A stretch of 64,000 nucleotides of DNA from Candidatus Hydrogenedens sp. (GTDB lineage Bacteria > Hydrogenedentota > Hydrogenedentia > Hydrogenedentales > Hydrogenedentaceae). The notes beneath the pieces were generated by a model. That model searched no databases. It worked only from the letters and a program-made list of their open reading frames with translations, and was not told the DNA's origin. The DNA lies in NCBI GenBank assembly GCA_049968235.1, contig JBMFRC010000006.1:32001-96000 (forward strand). Reading direction: 5' to 3'. The position numbers and the translations under genes are program-made. Below, piece by piece: positions 1 to 9,216 of the stretch (positions are counted from its first letter, which is position 1; each line of letters begins with the position of its first letter).

Positions 1-240
1 AATGGTGAAAAAGAAGTTTTTGAACCTATTAAAGTCTGGTTAGATAAACATGAAGCATGTCTTTATAATTCGCCTGATAGTAATGAGAAATCGAAATTGA
101 ACAAAACATTAACTAATAGAAGTCCCATGACACAGGAAGAAAGAAAAACTATCTTATCTGGAAGAGCCTATAAAAAAACAACAAAAAATAATTCTAGTAA
201 AAAAACAAAGGTAAATCCTAAAAGTAAGGAGGATACATAA
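1..240 (+). CDS. 3' end of an upstream gene (partial, product unknown); open frame of 79 codons with a Lys/Thr/Asn-rich tail ending at TAA 238-240
   Basis: Frame 1 is open from base 1 to the stop at 238-240. The AAGGAGG at 226-232 inside it serves as RBS for the next gene. Confidence 0.35.
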   Translation, partial: NGEKEVFEPIKVWLDKHEACLYNSPDSNEKSKLNKTLTNRSPMTQEERKTILSGRAYKKTTKNNSSKKTKVNPKSKEDT

Positions 241-1152
241 ATGCAATATTTTTCTCGAAGAAATTTTTTAACCTCTACAACATTATCTACCCTTTTTCTT
301 TCTCAGTCATTTCATAAAGCACATTCAATAGATAAAACAAACCATAGTGAAACATCTTCTAATAAAATCGTTGTATTTTCAAAATATCTTCAAAATCTTA
401 ATTGGGAAGAACTGGCAATTGCATGTAAGAATTGTGGACTTGATGGAATTGATTTAACGGTTCGAGATGGAGGACATGTATCCCCGGATAAAGTAGAAGA
501 GGATTTACCGAAAGTTGTTGATATTTTCCGCAAAAATAATATGGATGTAATAATGATAACAACTCGTCTTCTTAATGTTAACGAGCCTTATGCGGAACAG
601 ATATTAAAAGCCGCAGGCTCATTAAAAATTCCCTATGCTCGTATTGGTTACCATCAATATAAAAACAAATTAGACATTAAAGAACAAATCTTAACTGTAA
701 AAAAAGACCTACAAGGATTATCTATTCTGGCTGAAAAATACAATGTAATTTTGGGTTATCATAATCATAGTGGATTAAATAATTTTGGAGGACCCATTTG
801 GGACCTTATGGAAGTGTTTCAAGAAATTAATTCACCTTATTTAGGTTCTAATTTTGATATAGGGCATGTTAAAGCAGAAGGATTTGGTGGAGCATGGAAA
901 ACAAACACAATAGCGATGCTTCCATGGATACGTATGGTAGCAGTAAAAGATTTTATAATTGAGAATAATAAAACTGTGTGGGTTCCTTTAGGAAAAGGTT
1001 GTGTCCCTGTAAAAGAAATCCTCGATATTATAGTTAAACAAGGAACATTTAAAGGACCCATATCTGTTCACATGGAATACGATACAAAATCCGAAGCAGA
1101 AAAATTGGATTATATTAAAAATTCAGCACAAATAATTAAAAATATAATTTAA
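241..1152 (+). CDS. Periplasmic sugar phosphate isomerase/epimerase (xylose isomerase-like TIM barrel) with Tat signal
   Basis: N-terminal SRRNFL twin-arginine motif plus hydrophobic stretch. GYHNH and other TIM-barrel isomerase motifs. RBS AAGGAGG 8 nt upstream. Confidence 0.75.
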   Translation: MQYFSRRNFLTSTTLSTLFLSQSFHKAHSIDKTNHSETSSNKIVVFSKYLQNLNWEELAIACKNCGLDGIDLTVRDGGHVSPDKVEEDLPKVVDIFRKNNMDVIMITTRLLNVNEPYAEQILKAAGSLKIPYARIGYHQYKNKLDIKEQILTVKKDLQGLSILAEKYNVILGYHNHSGLNNFGGPIWDLMEVFQEINSPYLGSNFDIGHVKAEGFGGAWKTNTIAMLPWIRMVAVKDFIIENNKTVWVPLGKGCVPVKEILDIIVKQGTFKGPISVHMEYDTKSEAEKLDYIKNSAQIIKNII

Positions 1153-1176
1153 TAAATAAAGAGAAAGGAATGTCCC

Positions 1177-2034
1177 ATGTTTTATTCAGGTATCAGTGAT
1201 GAAGCGGGCAAATCTATTCAAAAACAAATACAAGCTCATAAGGAATTAGGCTGGTCCTACATGGAATTGAGAATGATTGAAGGTGTTAATTTTACACAAG
1301 TTTCAGATGAAATATTCAACCATGTAAAAGATGAATTGGAAAAGAACCAGATGAAGGTTTCATGCTTTGCCAGCGCCATAGCCAATTGGGCTCGTCCTAT
1401 CACATGTGACCCTCAAATTGATATTAATGATTTAAAAACTGCCATACCCCGAATGCACCAACTTAATACAAAGTTTATCCGTGTAATGAGTTATCCCAAT
1501 GACCCCAAAAATCCCATTGATGAAAAAGAATGGAGAGATGAGGCAATCCGCAGAATGAAGGTATTATCAAAAATTGCAGAAGATGGTGGTATTACCCTTG
1601 TTCACGAAAATTGTAGTGGTTGGGGAGGTTTATCTGCTGAAAATAGCAATATTCTACTGGCTGAAGTTAATAGTCCTGCACTTAAAGTAGTGTTTGACAC
1701 AGGAAATCCAGTTACTTATGGGCAAAATGCATGGGAGTATTATCAGAGTGTGAAAAAAGATATAGTTTATGTGCATATAAAAGATGCAAAAAAGATAAAT
1801 GGAGAGGATGTATATTGCCTGTGTGGTGAAGGCGATGGTTATATCCCCGAAATTGTTACAGACTTATTACAATCTGGTTATGATGGCGGTTTTTCTATAG
1901 AACCGCACCTTGCCGCAATTATTCATACAGGGCAACAAGCAGAAAATGAGGAGCAATTATACAATTCATATATCAAATATGGGAAAAAATTAATGGAGAT
2001 TGTTAACATATCTTTAGAAAAATTATCAAAATAA
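1177..2034 (+). CDS. Sugar phosphate isomerase/epimerase (xylose isomerase-like TIM barrel), cytoplasmic paralog
   Basis: HENCSGWGG and HIKD motifs typical of the AP-endonuclease-2/xylose-isomerase-like fold. RBS AAAGGAA upstream. Tandem with the previous paralog. Confidence 0.75.
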   Translation: MFYSGISDEAGKSIQKQIQAHKELGWSYMELRMIEGVNFTQVSDEIFNHVKDELEKNQMKVSCFASAIANWARPITCDPQIDINDLKTAIPRMHQLNTKFIRVMSYPNDPKNPIDEKEWRDEAIRRMKVLSKIAEDGGITLVHENCSGWGGLSAENSNILLAEVNSPALKVVFDTGNPVTYGQNAWEYYQSVKKDIVYVHIKDAKKINGEDVYCLCGEGDGYIPEIVTDLLQSGYDGGFSIEPHLAAIIHTGQQAENEEQLYNSYIKYGKKLMEIVNISLEKLSK

Positions 2035-2069
2035 TTTTTGATATCCATTTCCCATTCAGGAGGTTAGCC

Positions 2070-2213
2070 ATGAAAATGACGAAAATTCGAGAAGCAATAG
2101 CAGGTATATTTGCTATCTTATTTGTTTTAATTATGGCAGGTGTAGGTGCTACGATGGCAGGCTGGAATATTCCAATACTAAGCAATATTATTAAAACAAT
2201 TATAAGCAGGTAA
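2070..2213 (+). CDS. Small hydrophobic membrane peptide (47 aa; MKMTKIREAIAGIFAILFVLIMAGVGATMAGWNIPILSNIIKTIISR)
   Basis: ATG preceded by a perfect AGGAGG 6 nt upstream. Single predicted TM helix. Not in the ORF track because it is under 60 aa. The antisense 60-aa ORF at 2003..2185 is probably spurious. Confidence 0.4.
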   Translation: MKMTKIREAIAGIFAILFVLIMAGVGATMAGWNIPILSNIIKTIISR

Positions 2214-2214
2214 A

Positions 2215-3537
2215 TTACTGTAAACTTTCCCTTGTTAGTTCATAGATAACTAATCCACTCGGGATTTTAGGAAAGAAGTAGGTTGCTTTTTGAGGCATAA
2301 ATTCCCCGTTATCTGCACATTTTTTAATAACTTCCGGGCATATTGGATTAATCAAAAAAGTCATTTCTGCTTTTTCCTTTTCTACCATTTCAATGCAACG
2401 GAAGGGATTTGTTTCATATAACAATTGAGTATTAGGCTCCAATTTCATTATTTCTTCAAAAATAAGTTTATGAAGAATATATACATTTACATCATGTAAA
2501 GCATGGGTACCTTTTTCCTCCGTTACTCGTTTATATCCTTTATCGTTAAGTTCAATCAAGAATCGTCCCCTATTCTTTACTACTAACCCGAAACAATGGA
2601 AATATTTTCGATTATTATTTTCACACTCTTTTTGCTTTTGCATAATATATTCAACGGGATTATTTTCTACCTGTGTTATTTTGAAATATTCATTTAAATA
2701 TTTAAAAAACTGTTCATAATTAATATCTGGGACATTATTTATTACACGATGAGGGGCATAAATTATTAACCCCGGGTCTTCAAAGGCTACAAAACCTGTT
2801 AAAACATATCGATAAGGTTCTATTTCATTTTCTTTATCCACGGATAAATTATTCTTTTTCTCTTCTAAAATCTTTTTTGCTGTCTGGAATCGATGATGCC
2901 CATCCGCAATATACAAAGTTTTATTTTCAAATAAATCTGTTAACTCATCATTCCATTTAGTTTGCCAGAGTTCATTTAGAACGCCATCTATTGTTACAAC
3001 ACTTATATCCGGGTATTTTCCTGCATCTTTAACATATTTTATAAAAAATTGTTGTAGTGCTTTTTCCTTATCGGAAAATATGAAGAAAATAGGACTTAAT
3101 TGAGCATTGGTTGCACTTAGCAAAGCCATCCTATCTTCTACAGGTTTGTTAAATGTTCTTTCATGAGGCAATATTTGAGAATTACCTTCTTGCTCTTCGG
3201 GTATTTTTGTAAGAGCCAATAAGGTAAGTCTTTCCATCTGTATGCCTCGAATGTCCGTAAACCTCTGCCGCAACCAATAAGCACTTACTTCCACCTCACG
3301 AATTAATATATTTTTATTCTGCCATTCCTGAAATAATTCATTAGCTTTTTCATACTTTGTCTTATGTGAATTTTCAACCGGCAAATCTATGTGAACAAAA
3401 TTATACTCACTCCTTTTCGCCAAATCTTCTCTTATTTCAGGAGTTATAATGTCATAAGGAGGTGTTATTACATTACTAAAATCATTTATTTTGTTATCGT
3501 TATATCTTAACGCCCGTAATCCTCTTACTAATGGCAT
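2215..3537 (-). CDS. DUF1015 family protein
   Basis: N-terminus LRALRYN...ITPPYDIITPE matches the conserved DUF1015 N-terminal signature (ALRY ... PPYDVI). Length ~440 aa is typical. Confidence 0.65.
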   Translation of the reverse strand: MPLVRGLRALRYNDNKINDFSNVITPPYDIITPEIREDLAKRSEYNFVHIDLPVENSHKTKYEKANELFQEWQNKNILIREVEVSAYWLRQRFTDIRGIQMERLTLLALTKIPEEQEGNSQILPHERTFNKPVEDRMALLSATNAQLSPIFFIFSDKEKALQQFFIKYVKDAGKYPDISVVTIDGVLNELWQTKWNDELTDLFENKTLYIADGHHRFQTAKKILEEKKNNLSVDKENEIEPYRYVLTGFVAFEDPGLIIYAPHRVINNVPDINYEQFFKYLNEYFKITQVENNPVEYIMQKQKECENNNRKYFHCFGLVVKNRGRFLIELNDKGYKRVTEEKGTHALHDVNVYILHKLIFEEIMKLEPNTQLLYETNPFRCIEMVEKEKAEMTFLINPICPEVIKKCADNGEFMPQKATYFFPKIPSGLVIYELTRESLQ

Positions 3538-3630
3538 AAAAAATCCTCTTTCTTTATTTATTTCATGGGGAATACAAGGTTATTATATTATTCTTTAGTG
3601 ACATTTTTCTAAAAAGAATTTTTTTACTTT

Positions 3631-4008
3631 TCAATTTCTTTCATTTTTTTCTTTTATATATAGATAGGTAGAATTAATGAGCACGCAAACAAATATCGTT
3701 AGAGTAACATAATCTACCAAAACATCATTAAAGTCCTTCCCCGTTATTTTATCAAGTATATATTTTATAAACGAAATGGGTAAATTTTCTTCTCCCAAAA
3801 CTGTTTTTATCTGCCAATGAATATCTGTAAGGAAACAGTATCCAAAGCCATACAACAATCCCAGAAGAAACCACGAAATCGCAATTATAATCACTAAAAT
3901 ATAATGAATTTTTCTTGTTTTCTTAAAAATCCAGCCTGAGATAAAAAATAGTATCAGTCCCACATGTAGTATTGTTAAAAAAATATCAACAATTTTTATC
4001 CAGAACAT
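3631..4008 (-). CDS. Small integral membrane protein, DUF2784-like
   Basis: Three to four TM helices. GFGYCFLTD resembles the GYCPLT motif of DUF2784. Confidence 0.45.
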   Translation of the reverse strand: MFWIKIVDIFLTILHVGLILFFISGWIFKKTRKIHYILVIIIAISWFLLGLLYGFGYCFLTDIHWQIKTVLGEENLPISFIKYILDKITGKDFNDVLVDYVTLTIFVCVLINSTYLYIKEKNERN

Positions 4009-4017
4009 TTATTTCTT

Positions 4018-5412
4018 TCACCTATAATGAGCAATTAATCTCTCTCTAATATTCCCACATGCTCCATTACTCATAAGGACGATAACAGAATTTGATTTAA
4101 CACCAGAAAGCAAATATTTAAATACCTCTTCAAAATTCTCTGCTAATTTGCCTGTTTTCCTCTTATTCTTGATTGAATTTATTAGCTCTTCCTTGTTTAA
4201 TCTTTTCTCAATGGGTATTTTTTCTTCGCGATAAATAGGAGTTAACCATATCTCATCTGCTATTGAGAGCGATTCTGCTATCTCATGCTGAAATATATTA
4301 GTAACGGTAGTATTCGAGCGTGGTTCAAATATTGCCACAAGGTATTTATCGGGATACTTTGCTTTGAGTGCTTTTAATGTTTCTTGTATCGCTGTCGGAT
4401 GATGTGCAAAATCGTCAATATATATTTTATCTTCTACCTCTAAAAATACCTCCTGACGCCTGCGAACACCACGAAACTCCTCTATTCCATCTACAATACT
4501 ATTTACAGGAATACCTATCGTATTAGCCACAGCCACAGCACATAGAATATTTAATGCATTATGTATTCCGAAAAGTTTTGTCCTTAATACACATAATTCT
4601 TTACCTTTATACAAAATATGTAATTTCATCATAGTTTTTTCTAATTCTATTTCAGTTATAACCCGCCACTCCGCATTGTCGGATGTCCCATATAACTGAC
4701 ATGTGGAAAAGCAATGTTGTTTTAGTGTTCGAGCGTGATTGTCGTTACACAATATAACAAACCCTTGGGATGGAACTATTCTTAAAAGTAATTGAAAAGT
4801 TTTTTCTATTTCCTGAAGATTACTATATATATCGCTATGGTCATATTCAAGAGATGTTATGACCAGTATTTGAGGTAAATAATGTAAAAATTTCGCTCGT
4901 TTATCAAAAAATGCAGTGTCGTATTCATCTCCTTCTATTACAAAATAAGAGTTCTCTTTGCCTGAATAAGCCGGTATTTCAAAATTTATTGGGAACCCCC
5001 CTATTAAATACCCGGGGTCATAACCTGCATATTTTAGTAGCCATGCAATTATAGAAGTTGTTGTCGTTTTTCCGTGCGTTCCTGAAACAACAATGGGCTT
5101 TCTCTTGAATAATACATGATGTTTTAGCCACTCGGGTAAACTGTAATATGGCATACCTCTATTTAATATAGTTTCAACTTCTTCATTTCCTCTACTTAGA
5201 ACATTACCTATTATGGCATAATCTGGTTTCCATTCCAGATTTGTAGAATAATATCCTTCATAAACGGGAACATTTAATTTTTCTACAAGGATGGAAGTCG
5301 GCGGATACAGTTGATTATCGCTTCCCTGAATTTCATGACCTAATTGCTTGGCAATATATGCTCCCCCAATCATGGCGGTACCGCCTATACCTGAAAAATG
5401 AATTTTTGCCAT
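4018..5412 (-). CDS. mpl: UDP-N-acetylmuramate:L-alanyl-gamma-D-glutamyl-meso-diaminopimelate ligase (murein peptide ligase)
   Basis: N-terminus HFSGIGGTAMIGGAYIAKQLGHEIQGSDNQLYPPTS matches the Mpl signature (GICGTFMGG...GSD...YPPMS). Mur ligase P-loop GTHGKTTTTS is present. Length is 464 aa. Confidence 0.8.
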   Translation of the reverse strand: MAKIHFSGIGGTAMIGGAYIAKQLGHEIQGSDNQLYPPTSILVEKLNVPVYEGYYSTNLEWKPDYAIIGNVLSRGNEEVETILNRGMPYYSLPEWLKHHVLFKRKPIVVSGTHGKTTTTSIIAWLLKYAGYDPGYLIGGFPINFEIPAYSGKENSYFVIEGDEYDTAFFDKRAKFLHYLPQILVITSLEYDHSDIYSNLQEIEKTFQLLLRIVPSQGFVILCNDNHARTLKQHCFSTCQLYGTSDNAEWRVITEIELEKTMMKLHILYKGKELCVLRTKLFGIHNALNILCAVAVANTIGIPVNSIVDGIEEFRGVRRRQEVFLEVEDKIYIDDFAHHPTAIQETLKALKAKYPDKYLVAIFEPRSNTTVTNIFQHEIAESLSIADEIWLTPIYREEKIPIEKRLNKEELINSIKNKRKTGKLAENFEEVFKYLLSGVKSNSVIVLMSNGACGNIRERLIAHYR

Positions 5413-5500
5413 TTATACAAATACCTCAAAATAGGAATTATAACTTTTGGGTATTAGTATAAATTAACAATTGAAATTACTACCATTAAGAAGGATAAAA

Positions 5501-5683
5501 TTATTTTGATAGGTTGGAGGTTAAATTCGCAGGGTGTGGTTTCAAACCTAAAATACGACGAGACATCTCAAGACATGTTGGACAGTATGTATGTGAAACC
5601 TGAGTATAAATTTTTGTTGTTTGAATCCATTCATTTGTCTCACGATTCAATATCTTTTTACATACACAGCATTGTGTAACCAT
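5501..5683 (-). CDS. Small zinc-ribbon-like protein (60 aa; CCxC...CPxC)
   Basis: Start revised to the internal ATG (MVTQCC...), which has an AAGGAAG RBS 7 nt upstream. The track start at 5761 lacks an RBS. Four Cys are arranged as CCVCKK...(22)...YCPTC. Confidence 0.4.
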   Translation of the reverse strand: MVTQCCVCKKILNRETNEWIQTTKIYTQVSHTYCPTCLEMSRRILGLKPHPANLTSNLSK

Positions 5684-5779
5684 AGTAGACTTCCTTGTCT
5701 TTGTATATTCAATTGTTCCTTCTATATAATGTATCGGCACTATTATGAGAAACTTTAACATTTTTTTAACTGGATTTTT

Positions 5780-6205
5780 ATGGATAAAAATGAATTTTTA
5801 AATTTTGATATATGTAAAGAAGGAGATATTTTTGAACTTCTTATAAGCCTTGCCCGTTATTTACGAAGTCCAGAAGGATGTCCCTGGGATAGAAAACAGA
5901 CTTCTTTAGATTTTGCAAAATATGCTAAAGAAGAGTGTGAAGAATTTATTGAAGCACTTGAAAAAGGAAGTATTGATGAAATAAATGAAGAGTTTGGAGA
6001 TGCCTTATTTATATTACTTGCTTCTGCTGTGGCAGGAGAATTCGAAGGTAAAATGAATTTATTAAAAGCTTTGCAATGTGCTCATAAAAAAATGATAAGG
6101 AGACATGAGCATGTTTTCGGAGATAAAAAAGCAGTTACCGAAGAAGAGGCATGGAACTCATGGCATAAAGTAAAAGAATCTGAAAAGAAAAATAAATCTA
6201 CTTGA
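5780..6205 (+). CDS. MazG-like nucleoside triphosphate pyrophosphohydrolase
   Basis: CPWDRKQT plus an EExxE motif: the classic MazG/all-alpha NTP pyrophosphatase signature. Confidence 0.8.
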   Translation: MDKNEFLNFDICKEGDIFELLISLARYLRSPEGCPWDRKQTSLDFAKYAKEECEEFIEALEKGSIDEINEEFGDALFILLASAVAGEFEGKMNLLKALQCAHKKMIRRHEHVFGDKKAVTEEEAWNSWHKVKESEKKNKST

Positions 6206-6206
6206 T

Positions 6207-7610
6207 TTATTTTTTTAGTTCTGGCAAACTTGCAGCTGCAATAGATTGTCCTACTCTTCTATTTTTTTCGTCCGGCAATTGGACATTAATTTTTTCATTT
6301 ATCTCAGGAAACTCTGTTTTTAATACTTTTAGACATTCTTCTAACATGATAGGACCTCCATTGCCGGAGGTACACCGTCCTAAAATGAGTACATGCTTTA
6401 TATCATAGAAATCATTGTAATGAGCAAGAGTATATCCCAAATAGGTACCCATAGTTTGCCAAATTTTAATAACTTCGGGATTCCCTTTTTCCAATTCTTC
6501 TTGTATTAGTTTCAATTTTTCTGCATCGGTGATATTTTCAGGAATTTTTATGCCTGCTTTCGGAGCAAGACGAAACACACATTGTTGAGAAAAATAATTG
6601 GCACCTACTCCCCTATCTCCTGACCATTCTTCTACGGGAGCATCGGGATTATAATCCACAGGGGCAAAGGCAAGTTCATTTAACCAATCTGTTATATTCC
6701 CTGCAGTGGTAACATAGCCACCCGCTTCACTGGAACCCATAGCAATTCCTAATACAGCATTGTCACCAATAGACATCGAACCTGCCAATGCTGTAACCTC
6801 TCCATCATTAACAACAACCAGCGGTACTCCCAGTTCTTTTGACATACGATTAAACAATTCATGCACCTCACCAAAACGTTCTTTAGGAACCCCTCTAAAT
6901 AATGATGCTATCATGGCACGATTATTGACATATACTCCAGCAGCACTTCCACCGACAGCATCCAATCTCGGCATTTTTGATGCGGCTGTTTTTATGGCTG
7001 TCATTATTTCATTATAGTGATAGTTGGGGTCTGTCTGTTTACGGGGTTCCCATATTGTCTCTTCGCTATATACCACTTCTCCATCTATGACAGCGGATGC
7101 TTTACGGTCAGAAGCACCTAAATCAAATCCGACACGACAACCATCCATGTGCCTACCCAAACGTTGTGATGTCTCGTTTGCATGAGGGACATCATTTTCC
7201 GATTTACATGGAACTATCGTAAATGGATTTTCATACACATCTTCTCCCATAAATTTATAGTCGAAGGCTCTCGCTCCTTGTAAAGAATAAGTTGCCTCTA
7301 AATAACGAATTAATGGTTTTGGAGCATAAACATATACCTTCCATCCTCCTTTTTGCCATAGTAAAAACTTTAATATTCTTTCTATATAATAAAATCCTGA
7401 TTCAAATAAAGGATGTCCTTCTGGAAATACTTCTGTCTCAAAACAAGATATAGAATTGTTTAACCTTTCTAAAGCAATAATAACTTTTACTGCATCTTTT
7501 GTTTCTTTCACTTTCTTTTTAAATTGGTCGTTTACTAATTTTGGTGGAATAAAACCGGGGTCCATAGGAGGAACTATTTGTGGTTTTACTAACATCCAAT
7601 CCAGATTCAT
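6207..7610 (-). CDS. ASKHA-superfamily sugar kinase (ROK/glucokinase-like, no zinc motif) with ~150-aa N-terminal extension
   Basis: Phosphate-1 motif GFDLGASD, VVVNDGEVTALAG, GIAMGSSEAGG, and adenosine motif ILGRCTSGNGG. It lacks the ROK CxCGxxGC motif. GGAGA RBS present. Confidence 0.55.
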   Translation of the reverse strand: MNLDWMLVKPQIVPPMDPGFIPPKLVNDQFKKKVKETKDAVKVIIALERLNNSISCFETEVFPEGHPLFESGFYYIERILKFLLWQKGGWKVYVYAPKPLIRYLEATYSLQGARAFDYKFMGEDVYENPFTIVPCKSENDVPHANETSQRLGRHMDGCRVGFDLGASDRKASAVIDGEVVYSEETIWEPRKQTDPNYHYNEIMTAIKTAASKMPRLDAVGGSAAGVYVNNRAMIASLFRGVPKERFGEVHELFNRMSKELGVPLVVVNDGEVTALAGSMSIGDNAVLGIAMGSSEAGGYVTTAGNITDWLNELAFAPVDYNPDAPVEEWSGDRGVGANYFSQQCVFRLAPKAGIKIPENITDAEKLKLIQEELEKGNPEVIKIWQTMGTYLGYTLAHYNDFYDIKHVLILGRCTSGNGGPIMLEECLKVLKTEFPEINEKINVQLPDEKNRRVGQSIAAASLPELKK

Positions 7611-7638
7611 ATACTTTCTCCTATATCAATATCATTTT

Positions 7639-8610
7639 TTATAGTTGATCGTTCTTTTTTGCACACAAAAGAGCCGAGCCTAATGCTACTGCATCATCAC
7701 CTAATTTTCCTATTTCTAACGATACTTTTTTTCTTAGAAATGGCATGGCATGTTCTTTAATGGCCCGTTGAATTTCTGCTTCGTATATTTTCCCAACTGC
7801 TTCTATCAGTCCCCCACCTAATATAACCAATTCTGGACTCATTACATTTATAAGATTTGCGATACCCACCCCTGTTAAATATGCCGCTTTTCTCACGATA
7901 TCCTCAACTTTTTTCTCTCCATGTTCTATTGCATCTGCAATCACACTACTTCTTATTTTAGAAATATCTGTCCCTACTTTTTCTGCAAGGTATGTTGACT
8001 CACCGCGAAGAATTAGTGCGGAAATTTCCCGTGTTATTGCTATTCTCGATGCCAATGCTTCCAAGCATCCTCTTTTACCACAACCACATAATGGACCATC
8101 TATTTGTAATGTCATATGCCCAACTTCTCCTGCACCACCAGAAGCACCATGAACAATCTTGCGATTCACAATTAGTCCTCCACCAATACCTGTTCCCGGA
8201 AAAACACCCACAACATGTTTTGCTTCTCTATTATTACCTAATAGCCACTCCGCATAAGTTCCTAAATTTACATCATTATCTAATACAACAGGAACGGCAA
8301 AATGTTTTGAAAGAATATCGGCAATAGGAAAATTTTCCCATCCAAGATTTGGTGTATTTATTACAATTCCATTTTTCGGGTCAACAGGTCCAGGGGCTCC
8401 AATTCCTATCCCTACAATTTTAGGATTTCCCGCTTTTTCAATCGATTCTTCTATAGTTTGAATGATTTTATTTTCGGGTTTTGTATCTTTTAACCAACCT
8501 TTTGTTTTTTTACGACATCTTGAGATAATTTCAAATTTGTTATTAACAACAATAGATAGTATTTTTGTACCTCCGACATCCACACCTACAATATATTCAT
8601 CTGATTTCAT
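7639..8610 (-). CDS. ROK family glucokinase
   Basis: GVDVGGTK, LDNDVNLGTYAEW, GTGIGGGLI, and the zinc motif HMTLQIDGPLCGCGKRGCLE. Start set to the ATG (MKSDEYIVGVD) with an AAGGAAA RBS. The track TTG start lies 6 codons upstream. Confidence 0.85.
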   Translation of the reverse strand: MKSDEYIVGVDVGGTKILSIVVNNKFEIISRCRKKTKGWLKDTKPENKIIQTIEESIEKAGNPKIVGIGIGAPGPVDPKNGIVINTPNLGWENFPIADILSKHFAVPVVLDNDVNLGTYAEWLLGNNREAKHVVGVFPGTGIGGGLIVNRKIVHGASGGAGEVGHMTLQIDGPLCGCGKRGCLEALASRIAITREISALILRGESTYLAEKVGTDISKIRSSVIADAIEHGEKKVEDIVRKAAYLTGVGIANLINVMSPELVILGGGLIEAVGKIYEAEIQRAIKEHAMPFLRKKVSLEIGKLGDDAVALGSALLCAKKNDQL

Positions 8611-8682
8611 AAATTTTCCTTTTGACAATTATAGGTTTAAATAATATAGGTTAATTATACAAATTGTGAGAGGTGAAAAATA

Positions 8683-9216
8683 CTATTTTATTTTTACAGA
8701 TTCCGTTAACTTTATTCCATATTCAAATACTTCTTTATTCTGGTCATGGACTTTCCTGGGTAAATTAGAAAATATTGCATTTTGCCAGCATTCATAGGGA
8801 ATATTCATGTAATTACTTAAAGCACCTAAGAGACATATATTAAAATTTTTTTGATTTACAGGCAGATATTTTTCTCCTTTGAGAAGTGATAGTTCCCTAC
8901 TTTCTCCGACAATAAGAGAAATATCTATCACGATCCCATCTGGTTTTAACCGATACAAATTGTTTTCCAATTCGTCAGGATGCATTAAAACAAGAAAATC
9001 TGCCTCTCCATATGGAACCATAGGGCTAAAAACCTTTTTCCCGAAACGCACATCACTGGATACAGAGCCCCCTCGTTGACTCATACCATGTATTTCACTT
9101 TTTCGGACATCATATCCAGCAAGAAACGCTGAATCCGCCAGGATATTTGAAGATAAAATAACTCCAGTTCCACCAATACCTGTTAAGACAATATTAATTA
9201 CTTCCTGTTGCGACAT
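8683..9216 (-). CDS. iorB: Indolepyruvate:ferredoxin oxidoreductase beta subunit (pyruvate/ketoisovalerate oxidoreductase gamma-like)
   Basis: TGIGGTGVILSS and GMSQRGGSV motifs of the POR gamma/IorB family. AGGAG RBS. Lies immediately downstream of iorA. Confidence 0.8.
   Translation of the reverse strand: MSQQEVINIVLTGIGGTGVILSSNILADSAFLAGYDVRKSEIHGMSQRGGSVSSDVRFGKKVFSPMVPYGEADFLVLMHPDELENNLYRLKPDGIVIDISLIVGESRELSLLKGEKYLPVNQKNFNICLLGALSNYMNIPYECWQNAIFSNLPRKVHDQNKEVFEYGIKLTESVKIK

Noticed and set aside
837-1061. Antisense 60-110 aa ORFs embedded in well-supported genes. Examples: 837..1061, 2003..2185, 6760..7017, 7992..8327, 20806..21120, 22283..22504, 25114..25743 cluster, 35703..35918, 37786..38250 cluster, 45219..45626, 51358..52672 cluster.
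   Set aside because: They lie entirely inside, and opposite or out of frame to, genes with strong family-level matches. They have no RBS and low-complexity AT-rich codon usage. Treated as spurious.
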